64,000 nucleotides of DNA from Lepidodermella squamata (Eukaryota; Animalia; Gastrotricha), in assembly GCA_047495785.1 (NCBI GenBank), contig JBLDXI010000015.1, forward strand, positions 2,356,001 to 2,420,000. The letters run 5' to 3'. Shown here piece after piece: positions 37,568 to 50,664 of the stretch (the first letter of the stretch is position 1; every line of letters starts with the position of its first letter). Under the pieces are notes generated by a model. The model ran no database searches. It saw nothing but the letters and a program-made list of their open reading frames with translations, and had not been told where the DNA came from. A program made the translations under genes and the position numbers.

Positions 37568-38305
37568 CAGACTTGGCAGAGCCTGAGTTTCGGTTTATTT
37601 AACTCAGAATTTCAGCATATTTCAGCTTAAATAATGTTTAGCTGGAAAGTGCTGAAATATTACGCTAACATGTTATATTATAATCGGGCATTCAGTTGCG
37701 CAGCTTTCAGTTAGCAACCATTACATGCTGAAAAGAGCTAAATTACCCTCAGAATACAAGTGTGCATATGCAAATACAACTGTTCGTAAGTTCGCCATTG
37801 AATTCAAGACCCGATCCAATAAAAAATTATTAAGAAATTTGTAAGTTATTTTTACGATATCACCCGTTGTTTTAAATAATTCTATATTTTAGATCCCTCT
37901 TAGGTTTGATTCTTGTTAATCATTTAAATAGTTCGAATTTTGCAGTGGGTAAAATTATAATTTCAATTTCAAATTTCGACTTTTCAGAAATTTGTCTATA
38001 CCGGTCTGATCATGTGAATGGTGATCAATTTTGAGAAAATTATCGACTTGAACGATTTTGATATTTTAAATGAAAAATGGACGGAAAAGTGCTGAAATAG
38101 CATGACGCCGCGGGCTGAAATGAGCTGAAATAAGTTTTCCTCGTCTGGAAAGAGCTGAAATAATAAGCTGAAATACGCTGAAATACGCTGGAATTTTAAG
38201 CTGAAATATGCTGGAAAAACGTTAAGCGAAATCGACTGAAATCATTTGCCAGCTTTTTTCAGCTTAATTATTTCAGCTTATTTCAGCTTATTTCGTGCCG
38301 GTCTG
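37568..38305. mobile_element. Non-autonomous hAT-like element, copy 2
   Basis: CAGACTTGGCA...TGCCGGTCTG termini; GCTGAAAT/TTTCAGC subterminal arrays. Confidence 0.6.
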
Positions 38306-39667
38306 TGCAGGGCTTTTCTTATACCCAGTAGACCCCTGTATGATCATGACGAATCGTCGTAGAGAAATCTGATGTAACACGCCATGGCGCATGGGGCATG
38401 AGGCATGATGACGCGGCCGGCTGAAGATGCGTGGTTTCCCAAGAAACCACTCCAGAAACTCTTCGGCCTGGCAATGCGCCGATGGTAGAGCCAGTGGACT
38501 AAGCAGTAAAAAATCTCAGAAAATTGGAAAAATTGATGAAGAATTTTCGAAAACGTAATGCAAAGCTTACCGTAGTTTTACGAGGTTTTCACGGCAAAAC
38601 TTCGTAAAAACGCGGTAAACGAAAATCTGCGGTAAAAACACGGCAACAATAAACTTGGTTAAATGTTGATAAAACCCAAGCAAAGTTGCGGCAAAAACAC
38701 GGTAAAATTCCTTTGCCAAGTTTTTACCGTAGTTTTGCTTCTCTTTTATACTATTTTATTTTTGCAGTATTTTAACAGTAGTTTATTACCGATTTTCATG
38801 TCCGCGAACAAGCCGCAATTATGCTTTTCAAAGCGGTTTTTTTGGAATTGCAGGCGATTTTCTCGGGTTGAACCGTGATTTCTTTGTACAGAATGAAGCG
38901 GTGTATGAAGTTAACCAGCGCCAGCCGATCTCTACCATAGTTCTACTGCAGTTCTTACCGTAGCTTTACCGTAGTGCTACGTGCTACGGTACCGTAGCTT
39001 GGAACACTAGTATTTCGAAAATTTATCATGCTCAGTTTTGGACCCGCCAGCTTTTCGAAAGTGTCCCATGAGTGGTTAGTTTTTCGAACGTCAGCTTTTA
39101 GAATTCTAGTTTCCAAGCAAGACAGTTTTTCAAAATTTAAATTTCTAGTTTTCAAGGGGAGAAAGTTTTAACCGGAAAACTACCGTGTGAGCACGGTACA
39201 AATGCGGTAAAAATATGAGCTCGTAAAAAGACGGCAAAAAAGGGCTAAAAATAAAATAATTCGATTTTAGAAAAATCAGAATAATAGTTAGAGAAATATC
39301 CGATAGCTGGTCAGTGTATAAGCGATTAATCCGGCTTAAGGCCATAGCTATAGCAGATCGACATCGATGCACCTATCGATCGCGCCCGCCACGCGCAATA
39401 TTTGCAGTATTCGATCAACAGCTATGTATATCTTTAACCGCTGCCCACCACAGCCTATTTATCGGCGTTATTTCCGCCTTATTTCAGCAAGTTTTTCGAG
39501 ATCCACGATGTAGCAGAGCCAACACTATGAACCTGCGTCCACTATTTCTCCTCTTTTCTTCGCAGAATTATGTCCAATTATTTTATTGCTTTGCGAGCTC
39601 AACGAATTTTCCCGATTTTGGAAAAATGGCGAGGAAATAACTTTTATTGTATTTTGGTAATTGCTTA

Positions 39668-39699
39668 CTAGTATAACAGGCGCCCGCTTCGCGGGCGCC
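39668..39699 (-). other. Helitron 3' terminal hairpin + CTAG
   Basis: 9-bp GC stem with 3-nt loop just upstream of CTAG|T. Confidence 0.9.
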
Positions 39700-39804
39700 A
39701 ATGTATGTATACCGGAATGACGTTTTGGAAAGCAATAAAAGGAAAGACTCAGTTTTATTTCACACTAAACAACCGCAATTCAAGGAAGATAGAAGCGGAG
39801 ATAA

Positions 39805-40404
39805 TTAATAATCGGTGTAAATTTCATGAGAGGTGAGGTTGCATTCTTCGGCTTCTTTCTCAGGGTTGTCGAACGATATCAGGCAGTCTTAGAATTAAGA
39901 ATATTAAAATGGTCATATGTATTTGATGGAAATTTCGCTTTACTCACCGTAGACGTAGCCGGGGTCGACATCCTCCAGATACATGTGTACAATGGCAACG
40001 GTGCAGTTGACTTCTTGCATTTCTCGCCCTAATCGCCTGAAACCGCGTGAATCCAAGTGAGAGGACATCGCCTGTCGCCAATTGCTGACATACGCTGTCC
40101 GCCACGTCTTAATCCAGATGAAGTAGTACCCCATATCTGGGTCGTCGTCAAACTCGGGGTCCCAGTAGTCCTCGGCATCCTCATCAAGTCGAGAATCATC
40201 CGGGCTGCAAGATTCATATAGGAATTTCCATCCAGGAAATTTTGGTACGAAGCCAACGCCGCAAATCTCAAATATCTCTTGAAAAATTTGTAGAATACCA
40301 CACCTGGAAACGGATTCTCGCAGATCTCGGTACCAGAAGACGTACTCTTCGGGGACTTCGTAATAAACGCGATAACGGTCAGTGTAATACCAACTGGGGT
40401 ACAT
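39805..40404 (-). CDS. Helitron cargo gene, ~180-aa acidic/aromatic protein of unknown function (exons 40404-~39948 and ~39887-39805)
   Basis: Open MYPSWYY...DPGYVY frame, GTGAGT donor, in-frame second exon DCLISFDNPEKE...TDY*, AATAAA at ~39755 before the Helitron 3' hairpin. Confidence 0.65.
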
Positions 40405-40607
40405 ATTAGTCGAAATATTATTCTGATCTAAAAAAATAATTTGAATTAAATAAATTAGGGAGAGGAGATAGTTTGTGGACGAAATTCTGACGTCCACAAC
40501 TGAGGAAGAGATCATGAAAAGTGAAGAATTCTGGAAAATGAATTATGCTATGCGGATAGAATAGAAAAAATTAGGTAAAGCTGGATGTAAGAAGTGGCTA
40601 TAAGCCA

Positions 40608-43600
40608 TCATTTCAGCAACACCTCAGGATAGACAACATTGACGGTGTAGTACTGCTTTGTCTTCTTGTCGTAGTGGCTGAAAACAATAAGGTTTCGTGG
40701 ATCTCGAACGCGAGATAAAGCGACGTAAAGCTGGCCGTGAGTAAAAACTGGGTGGTTGGCCAGATGTAAGCCGACAACGTTGAAGGTTTGTCCTGTAAAA
40801 TAAAAGAATGAATAAATAATCGGTAAACGAAGGAAATGTAATGGTTCACCTTGACTTTTGTTGATTGTCATAGCGAAAGCAAGTCTTATTGGAAACTGTT
40901 GCCGCTTCATTGGAACAGGGAAAACGCTCTCATCGGTGTTGAAATCAATTCGTGGAATGAGAACAACCTCGCCTACTCGCGTACCGGTAAGAATTTCGGC
41001 CGTGATAATATCGGACCCTAATTGGGTGATTCTAAGTCGCGTTCCATTACAAAGGCCCCCGGAGCAACTGAGATTTCTGATTAAAATAATGGGGGCGCCT
41101 ATTTTCAACGCCAATCGATGAGGTGGTATTCCTGAAGGATTGAGTGTATTGAGAACTTCAACTTGGAACATTGCTCGAGCAGCTTCATCTTGAACGGTAT
41201 CGCGACTCGTGTAAATAAGAGCATTTCCGGGCAGCCGTTGCAGGATCTTCTCGTTGAGGTAATCAACTTCGTCATTCCTCGTGGCAAGTATACATCTCTC
41301 GGCGACGTAGCCGGCGTCAGTTCGGTTGGAAAGGTCATCATAGACGGCGCGAATTAGGTCGTTTTCCGAATTCGCGTGCTTAATTGGGTCAGGAATGATT
41401 ACCGAGTCAGGTATGCCAGCAATTCCAGGGGCAACGCCATCCCCAACCTGAGATAAAATCTTTGTTATAAAAAAAGACAGAAAACTAAAAATGCCTTATT
41501 ACCTGAATTAGCCATTGCACGTAGGGAGCTACGACGGGATCATTAATGACCCGCATATTTCTGGTCAGGCGCATGATTTTAATTGTTGGCCAGAAATCAG
41601 CTTTTCTCAAGCAAGCGTCAACGATCTCAGCTCGACCACCACGCGGAATGACGGGTAGGCATTGACGAAAGTCGCCACCGAAAACTATGGGAATACCTGA
41701 TGAGAAATTGTCAATTAAAACCTGAATTCGGTCGTAACTAAACACAACTAACCTCCAAATGGCAAATTACATTGCGTCAGATCTCGAATGCTCTTATCTA
41801 GGGCCAAGAAGTTGAAGCGGCTCATCATTGGCGCTTCGTCCCAAATGATCAGATGAGTACGTCGGATAAGGTCAGCGACGGCAGATCTTTTCGAAATGGA
41901 GCAAGTGCTGTATTCATCCGCTTGTAGTGGAATCTTGAATCGAGAATGAGCCGTTCTTCCACTGTCGAGAAGAATTGCCGCTATACCAGAGGAAGCAACA
42001 GCCAAAGCGATGTCGCCGAGAGACCGGACTGACCGTAGTAAGTAGTTGTAGATGTAGGTTTTCCCACAGCCGCCATAACCCTCGAGGAAAAACACTGATG
42101 GCTGACGCTGCCCGGCTCGAAAAGATTCCACTGCGCTTTCGACAACATTTACAACCGACCACTGCTCGTCAGTTAGTCGCAAGCGTTGCTCTTCAAGTTG
42201 AAGCATCAATCTTCCTCGAGGATAACTCAATTCTTCGGTAATGAGAGAAGCAACGGGAGATGTAGGGATAGGCATGTTTGGAAAATCGGCCAAGCTCAGC
42301 CCTTGTGGGCTAATAAAATTAGCAATTTCAATCAATGCATTGTTTTTCATTTCTTGATTAAGTTCCATTTCCGGATTCAGACGTCTCGCTTCGTGTAAAA
42401 AATCCTCGCATAAATGCAAGCAAAATTCTTCCCATAGCAACTCAGGGCTAGGAGGCTTTGCGAAAACCAGAAGAATGGCGAATAGTTGTCGTAACTGACG
42501 CGGTAGTTGCATGACGGACGCTTCTTTCAAATACTGCTTGATTTCATCACCCGATTCGAGAAGTTTTCGCTTTCGACACGCATCAAAAAACGTAGCGTAA
42601 ACTTGGCCATCCACCGTTTTCAGGTATTCGAAGCTTGTAGGACCGGGAACATTGAGCAGCAGTAGACGTAAAGCAAAAAGCTCAGTGTTGTAAGGAGCTG
42701 TGTAAATTCGTCCAATGCCGTAAGCAGCATTCTTGCGGCGATTCCATTTCTTCACACCTTTCTTTCCATCCCAGGTGTAGTGTTCAGGCACCTTCTTATA
42801 TGTCAATTGGCGAGCAAAATCGTCATTTTGGCAAAGCTTGAAAAACGCCGTCAACTTCGTATCCTCAGGATTTTGCAGGTCTTCGATGTTGTCACCTTCT
42901 TTAAAAGTAATTCTCTAAGAATAGATAAAAATGTTACATTTGTTAATGACATCATTAATTAATTTTTCTTACCTGCTGGTTCTCGAGATGCAGATCAAGC
43001 CGGCAGACAGATGGATATTCGCCGTGCATATGGTAACCGTAAATATGCCAAAAGGCCTCAGAGGTCGAGATGTACCTGCCTTCTAAAAATCGCTTTATTT
43101 CGTCACCATCATCAATTTCACCAGCGGCACGGTCGGGTCCCTTGTATACATATTTGTAGTGATATTTGACGCTTCCGACTGTTCCAACAGCTTCGCAATT
43201 GATATGGCAATTATACTTTTTCAATAGATAGGGATTATAAGGAACGACCCATCTGTTGTCAAGGCGTACAGTTTGTTTATTCACGGTTTTCTCGACATAT
43301 CGACCATTATCGGGACGCTTGTATTGAGGGTAGCCGTCATCAACCCATGCCGTAGACTCTTGAAAGTTCTTGGGGAAGTTTTTTGAGCACCTTCCATCCG
43401 CCATACACGGGCAACTCGGTTGAACATGCCCACACGGCCCATGTAGCATATGACGCGCGACAATAGCGTGCAATTCAGGATGACTATCTGGATTGGGAAG
43501 TTCAGCGGATATAGCCTTATCGATGTCTTCGGGAGTTCTTAATTTATCCGGGTCGTTCAAAATGAGCAGTAAATGTGAGTGAGGTAGGCCGCGTTTTTGA

Positions 43601-46216
43601 AATTCGATGACATAAACGTAGCAGATAACTTCTCCAAAAATCTGATTTTCAACAATGTCGTGAAGGATTTCCTTAAACTTGAGATTAAAAACTCGAGCAC
43701 AAAGGTCGGGGCGATCAGCAGCAGTTTGCAGAAGGTTACCATCGGAGTCACGTAACAAATTGTCCTGAATTTCGGGCCAATTAGGATTGCATGTTGTAGT
43801 AATAAACAAATCCGGTTTTCCAAAGTGGGCAACGCGAGCCATAGCATCATGGTACAACTGGAAATTATGACGCGGCGAGCCAATGTGTGTCGCAGGAAGG
43901 ATAATGGAGCGTCCAATATTACCCAACTCTCTTTCTCCTTCTCGATGTGCATCCATTACTCCTTGATAGAGCTCAGCCCTGATCGTTTTCTGATTTTCTC
44001 GCACCCAATGCAATCGATTTGATTCGATTTTAGCCCAAACGTCGCAAGCAAATTGATGAAATAATCGGCCGTACAAAAATAAATTTGAAGAATCGCGCAA
44101 TTGGAACAAATAATTGTAATAATCCAGATCCGTCAGTTTCTCATCGCATGTCAGTGACTTCTTCATGTTATAAGTCCAACCGGGATTCCCCTCGGGAAAC
44201 AACAAAACGTAATGAAGCGGATCGTAAAGAGGAGAATTTTCATTAACACGTTGAAGACCGCCTTCACGTAAACGCAATACAACATCGCGCGGCTGTCAAC
44301 GTGAAAAGAATTATTAATGGTGTAAAATAGCATCTTTTGAAATATCAACTCACTTCTTTAATTCCAGGGTCATCAGGAATTAGAGCAGCGACTTCTGAAG
44401 ACGTCGGTAAATTGTATCGCCTCTTATCCATTTCATTAGGATCGCAACGTAAAAATAAATTCAAATTCGGAGAGTTTCGTAGAATTTCATGAGCTTGTTT
44501 GTAAATGGCCACGTAAGGATTGAAATTATGAAGTTCCGCTTGGATTTCAGCGACCAAGACAGGATTCAAGTTCTTCAAGTGTCGCAATCGATTAGTAGCT
44601 TCATTATCGCTATCGATAATGTACAGCTGAGCAAACTTGGGAATGTCTCCTGGAACAGGTTCAAGTGCGCCGTGTGAATGGTGTAGGCTTCCACAAAACC
44701 TGAAGGTTGACCATTCCACACTTCTATCGAGACCGGGTACCCCCAAAGACGTGAAAGCGAAGGCTGAATTGAACGCGCGTACTTCACTGCGAAATGTCTT
44801 GCCAAGAGGCGAATTTTCGAAGAGCAGCTTTTTGAACAGCGGTGTAGGCTGAGGGAACGGTGGAAGTACGATTTTCCCATTAGCACAGCAACGAAATGAA
44901 GGGTTGCCAATGGTTGACTTGTCAATTTTTTCCTTCATGAAGAATATAGCATTGCAGTGGCGACATTTCGACGATAACTGTCCAATATTGTTTTGGTTAA
45001 CTTTCCGCTCGTCATTGAACTCTTTCCGAGCAGCAAGACGTAACCTCTTCACGCCTTTAGGGCGACCAGCGACTGGAGCCGCTTCGTTGACGAAGTTCTC
45101 CAACTCCAAATCATCTACAGAAAAGAATAATTGATAAAAACGGAGGGTCTCGAAATGGAGACATTATACCTCCTTCCAAAAGTCCGTCGATGGCCGGAGC
45201 AGAAGGCAGGGGAGTTTCTTGGCGTTCGATTCCGCCAATGCCGGGAATGTCCATTTCATCGTCAGACAATTCTACTGGATCTACATAACATGGTTAACGG
45301 AATTTAGGATTTTTTATAAACAATGAAATCTCACCATGAACGTATCTGCTAGTGGAAGGGGCGTCAAGCATAGAAGTTGGTCTCTTGACAGCTGAATAGG
45401 AAAAAGGGTAAAAAAAAAAGATATCGTTTCGACCAATCATTACCAGTTATAGTGGGTGAAGCAGACTTAGGGTTTACAGGTGTGAACCTGAACCTTGGCT
45501 GAGGCGAGGGCGAGGACGCCGGTGAGGACAGGCGAAGCGATGCTATTGGAATAATAGGAGTTTGGGGTCGGGGAGAAACTAAAACAAAAAACAAAAAATC
45601 TTAAACGCTTAGGATTCTAGGATGAAAGCACCTTTACCTGACAATATAGGTCTCGGTTGTCTGAAACATGCTGCAGATTGAGGCCTTACAGTCACAGGCG
45701 TACCAGGATTAAGTGCTCGCAAGTACTGCGGGGGGTTGAACGCTGGAGGAGAAGCCAGTACTGAACAATCGACATACAAAGAATCACTCTGTTGAAATGA
45801 TTAAATTGTGATCCTACTTTCATCATCTACTGCTGTATTGCTCCTCTTCGGCGGAGGGCCTATAACAACGGGACCGCTAACATTACGCTGAACGGCGATC
45901 AATGATGACGGTCGAATTGGGGGAATAGCGGGAGGGGAAGGCAATTCTAATTTGAGAAATCTAGTGAACACATTTCATGAACTGAATTGATGTGCTTACC
46001 TTCATCTTCGCGAAAGGGTGTTGCCCTTTTAGGCGGAGGTCTAATCATCACAGAGGTGGGAGGGTTCATGGGCCTGAGCACGACCTTTGGAGATGCAGTA
46101 GATGCTGTAGCTAAATTCAGGCTTGTTAAGTTAGTAGATTATATTTGTGAAACATGTCTACCTCCATCTTCTGCTACTGCTTGCAACAATCGAAAAGGAA
46201 CCGGTTTTCGTGACAT
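40608..46216 (-). CDS. Helitron RepHel transposase (Zn-finger + HUH Rep + PIF1-like SF1 helicase), ~13 exons
   Basis: CRHC...CCANGKI; FITTTCNPNW, EFQKRGLPHSH, KYHYKYVYKG; GYGGCGKT, DEAPM, GDFRQCLPV, FAMTINKSQG, HGQLYVALSR; 12 short GT-AG introns join all frames without stops. Confidence 0.93.
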
Positions 46217-47772
46217 GGCCACGAATGTCAGCAATACAACTGTACAAATGATGTCACGCAGACGAACAGACATATGCACACGTAGACACACACACATGTA
46301 CACACATAGGGTTAAGAGCTAACATAACCAGAACTGAGAAGCCAACTATACAAAGCTGAAAGTTAAGGTTGAGAAACTTTAACCACTCAGAGCTAAGAGC
46401 TAAGAACTATACAAAACTGTACACCTGCCTGCTCGCAGTAAATAAAAACAAAAAGCAAAGAAACAAATATAATACACTAAGTACTCAGTACTCGATACTC
46501 GATATCGTCAGCAGTCAATGGTTGGATCGTCCTTAAACCGTGATTAACGCAAGACACCGGGCGGAGCCGTTTAATGTAACAATTTAAACTCCTATATATA
46601 AACGCAAGTTAAAATTGTCATTCTCTCTGCATAGAGAAGTTGTGCAAGAGGCCTGAGGACATGAAGTCCTTCCATAACACACGGACGCTAGACGGCGGTT
46701 CAAAACTGCCGCTGCGCGCCGCCAAAATAAAAATTTAAACTTTTCAGTTTTTAACACATGTTTGATTAAATTTTAATTTTACAAATTAAAAAAAATTATT
46801 GATCAAATTATTCAATTTAAAAAATTTATTTTAGGAAATCGGGGGTAAGAAGCGCTTTTCGAAAGGGAAGTATTTTCTTAGTAGATTAGATTCAAATGAA
46901 ATATTCGATAAAATAACATTTTTGTAAACTGAAGAAATGACCAAGTTCAAATTCTTCAAAGATTCAAGAAATCATTCTGCCGCACTCGGTTTTGGGCCGG
47001 GACTTGGTACAGTTATCGGGTAGGGCGATGGTTGTAGGATGACCCAAGCCCGGCGATAACCAAGCCCAGGGGTCCGATTCCAGAGTGTGGTGCTGAACAA
47101 TAGCACTGGTTCCCATTGTTCTCCGGCGTGCTCGGGACAACACCTAGGCCGGCCCGTGTGCAGCGGAGCGGCAAATCAATGTTATACCTGTCTGCGTCCG
47201 GGCCGGTCGGATCGCGTACCTGCAGAATTCGGACTCGGGCCTAACAGATAGACCTTCATATATATTACACGTATTTCGCGCTATGAGCTGTCAGCTTATG
47301 AGTAATACGTAATCCTATAGAAACGATATCGATTCCAAGTATCGATTTTACAAATCAGCGATCAGCCGCCTTGGAACCCAACGTCGATTATTTTTCTACG
47401 TAGCTTAGGGCGCCAGGTCTAAAAAAAAAATCCTCCGCTCAGGGAGGGCATCAGTATCGATCAAAAACCAAAAACGCCGAAATCGCAAAGAATCTGAAAA
47501 ATTTAGTGCTGGAACTTCATTTTTAGTGGTGGAAATAATTTGAGCCATTATTTCTGGACAACTTTCTCCATGGTTTTAGTCTGATTATCTGATAGTGTTT
47601 GGCCCAACAAAAGGTCAGAATGCCAGGAACACTTTTATTTCACGAATCAATTATGTTCCTTATTGACTTCGTTTTAGGTTAACTGGTATTTTAGATCTTG
47701 TTTCCATGCTCGGTTTTCCAATGCATCAAAAATAAGAATTTTCACATGTCACGCTTAACATCGAATTAATGA

Positions 47773-50664
47773 TCATAAATGGTCGACCTTGACCATGCCC
47801 ATCTCTTCTGTGCTATTGAAATCGTCATTCAAGTACAAATAATTGACCCAGTAGACAATATTGAACACAATGAACAACAGCGGAAATGTAACCCGCGAAA
47901 AATTCTCAATGCGCCCAGCAACTCCGACGCGCCAATCGTTCGGAAATCGAATCGGCAAAACAGACGGCAGCAGGTCGAAAGCAAAGCGCTTCGGCGTATC
48001 GTAACGCGGCGTTGAAATTTCGTACGTCGGCGATTTGTCTTCATCATCGTCATCGCTGTCGTAGCAGTCGGAGATTTGCCGCTGTAGGACTTTGCTAACA
48101 ATGCGCTGCCTCGTTTTTCGCAGCGACTCAGCCGCGTAGGAAACGATTGCGAATTCAACCAAGCTTAAAAATACCATTAAGTAGCAGACCATTAGATAGA
48201 TATCGAGGGCTTTAAGGTACGAAACTCTAGGCAGGTGAGTTTCCTGGAAGTTCAACGTAACCATGGCTAGGTTGATGGTTACACACAGGGTGACTCGAGC
48301 TGGGGCCGATTGGCGGGGTAGCCAGAATGAAATCCAAGAGCTGACGGTCATTAAACAAGCTGGCAGATAGATTTGGATGAGGTAGAACCCGGCTTTTCGC
48401 GAGAAGAAGAAGTCGATGATAAGTCGCGAGTGGTTGAGCCCGTCGTGGCTGATGGTCACGTTTTCGGAGATGCGGAAGCCGCTCATGTGGTAGTGGATCA
48501 GCGAGGCGCCCTGGGCGAACGAGGCGGCGTGTGACACGTCCTCTTTGCCGTCGTGGCTGTGCATTTGCCAGTAGAAGATGACGTCGGTGACCGGTTGCGA
48601 GTAAGCTTCCATAGCCATGTAGCATTTTTGCGAATCGAATGGAAATTCGCGAAAATCCTGAATGGAATTAAATTATTTTTATTATTGATTTTAAATTATG
48701 AAACTTTCATTTTACCTCTATTTAATTTCTTAGCAGCTAACGAAATTTTGAAATTTCAATATTTTTCATCCACCTTAAAAAAATCACTGTTTCCAAAATG
48801 ATAAGTTTTTAAATCGATCGAATTTAGATTTTTCCAGCAGCAAAACTATCAAAAATCTGGAGAAATTCGGGACGACCGGGTAAAATACCGAAAATTACCG
48901 AACCAGTTACCATCGGGTTTTTCCGGGTTTTTTCTAATAAATTTTTCATTTCTTCAATAAAATCGTGGATAAGTGACTGCAGATTCTTCCGGTAGGTTCA
49001 TTTTTTTAATTACTTAATTTCCCACTAAAAACTGCATAATTGAAAAGGTTGCGCAAATTTTGGGACACGGTATATTATTCATTACTGATCAGGAGAGTAA
49101 AAATCGGAAATGACCAGCAATCAGGAATTGTTGACTTGATGGATTTATTGAATTTTATGAGCTAATTTGTATCTCTAATTAAGCAATCAGCATTCAGTCA
49201 AAAATCAGCATACCATGTTGCAAAATGCCGTAATCGTCATCCTACAGCTTTGCTGAATATGACCTCGAGGATCTACATCACAGATTATAAAAAATAGATT
49301 TTTCGAAAATTGAACGAAAAATTATCCATAATTTTTTTACCAAGCTCTAGGAATGCATTGGCTTTGGTGACTTCGTGGAACGATCCGTATTTAGCGTTGA
49401 TGATGTAGGTATCCGGTTGCCAAATCATCATGATGTTTTCATCGGCGATATTAACGACCTCGTTGTCGTCCGAGTGCCATTGCAAGCGAGGATCGTCCCA
49501 GGCTTGCAGCAGGTAAAAGTCGACCGTATAGTCCATATCTACCTCGGATAGAGCCGAGACTCGAGTGATGTACACTGCGATCGAAACTCGAACCGCCTCA
49601 CCTGGAAAAAATATTATTATTTAAAAAAATATGTTTCTAATGCTGGCTGGCTCCTGTAATTTAATTGAGACCGTCATTTATTTACCAAATCAAATTGAAA
49701 ATAATGGATTTTTTTTTAATTTTAAATTTTCAAATTTGGAGACAAGCTTCACTCTTAATTTTAAGTTTCGTATCCTAATTACGAGCCTATACTAATATTT
49801 ATTCGCGGCCGACTCTAGGCAGTACGGTAGACGAAGTTCGGTGATTTCAGACTGTATAACTCTCCAAATGCCCAATGCCAAAAGATTAATTTAATAATAA
49901 TAATCATGCAATTTTTTATAAGGTCGAAATAAAACAGCGGCTGATTATCTGAGCTTTATTTTCTTCAAAAGTCCCATCTCCATTTCAGGGCGAATCTTGA
50001 ATTTAACGTGTGAGGGTCCGAATTTTTTTAATTGCCGAAAAATCCGGTTTAATTCCTGAAACTCCTTAAAAATCAGAGAAAATAATAATAATAATAATTC
50101 AGAAAAAATCGAGAATAACCTTGCTCACCTTTGGCACAAATTTAAGCGAAATCCTAATTTTTCAACTTTCGAAAAACTTTTTTTGCCACAAAATTTACCG
50201 CTCGCTAAGTTACATTTCGTGGAAATTCAATTTATAGCTATTTCTTATTAGGGGTAGCTTCGGTTTTATCAAGGGAGAACATTAGTTTCCTTGATTGATC
50301 AGTAATGAAATTTCCCAGGTAAATAGAATGTCTTACCTTTGTAAGAGGGACGAAATCTCTGATCGTAATCATTGGTAGCTAACGAGCGCAGGATCGAATC
50401 GAAAGTCTGCGGCTCGCAGGTGGAGCAATTTTCATGGTACTGATTGTAAGCCTCTATATCAGCTTCTGACAGATGAAAATCTTCATTCGCATCGATGCGA
50501 TCAAACTCAACATCGCCTGCAATTGATTCGACCTGCTACAGTCGCCAAAAATTGTTATAAAATAAATGGGTCTAACTCGTTTCCTTTACCTGACTCTCAA
50601 TGGATCCAATAGTCAACAATTGAAAAATAGCAAAAGTAATTAGGGATAGAGTAAGGCGAAGCAT
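47773..50664 (-). CDS. Cys-loop ligand-gated anion channel subunit, paralogue of 26350-28423 (~5 exons)
   Basis: Signal peptide, YDQRFRP, VDMDYTVDFYLLQAWDDPRL, WQPDTY, Cys-loop CNMDFREFPFDSQKC, M2 APARVTLCVTINL. Confidence 0.88.

Larger units (their letters stand above)
39668..47270 (-). mobile_element. Autonomous Helitron (3' end exact, 5' end approximate)
   Basis: RepHel gene; 3' terminus hairpin GGCGCCCGC-GAA-GCGGGCGCC, 7 nt, then CTAG followed by host T; a 5' TC could not be fixed. Confidence 0.9.

Noticed and set aside
37172-38305. CRISPR-like array from repeated motifs (GCTGAAAT runs, 100-bp repeats)
   Set aside because: Eukaryotic context, no regular repeat-spacer periodicity, no cas genes; explained by TE subterminal repeats
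38414-38470. Hammerhead-ribozyme-like core (CTGAAGA - stem - GAAA, flanked by GGCCGG/TCGGCC)
   Set aside because: Stem III and the NUH cleavage triplet cannot be formed in register, and stem II closes with U-A; at best a decayed remnant
39805-40404. Helitron cargo as Fanzor/TnpB or RPA
   Set aside because: Too short, with no RuvC D-E-D/Zn-finger pattern or recognisable OB-fold motifs
46974-47255. Assignment of the structured element to twister, HDV-like ribozyme, RNase P or SRP RNA
   Set aside because: Only short motif resemblances (CCCAAGCCCGG, CCTAAC, AATTCGGAC); the required order of conserved elements is not met, so it is left unassigned
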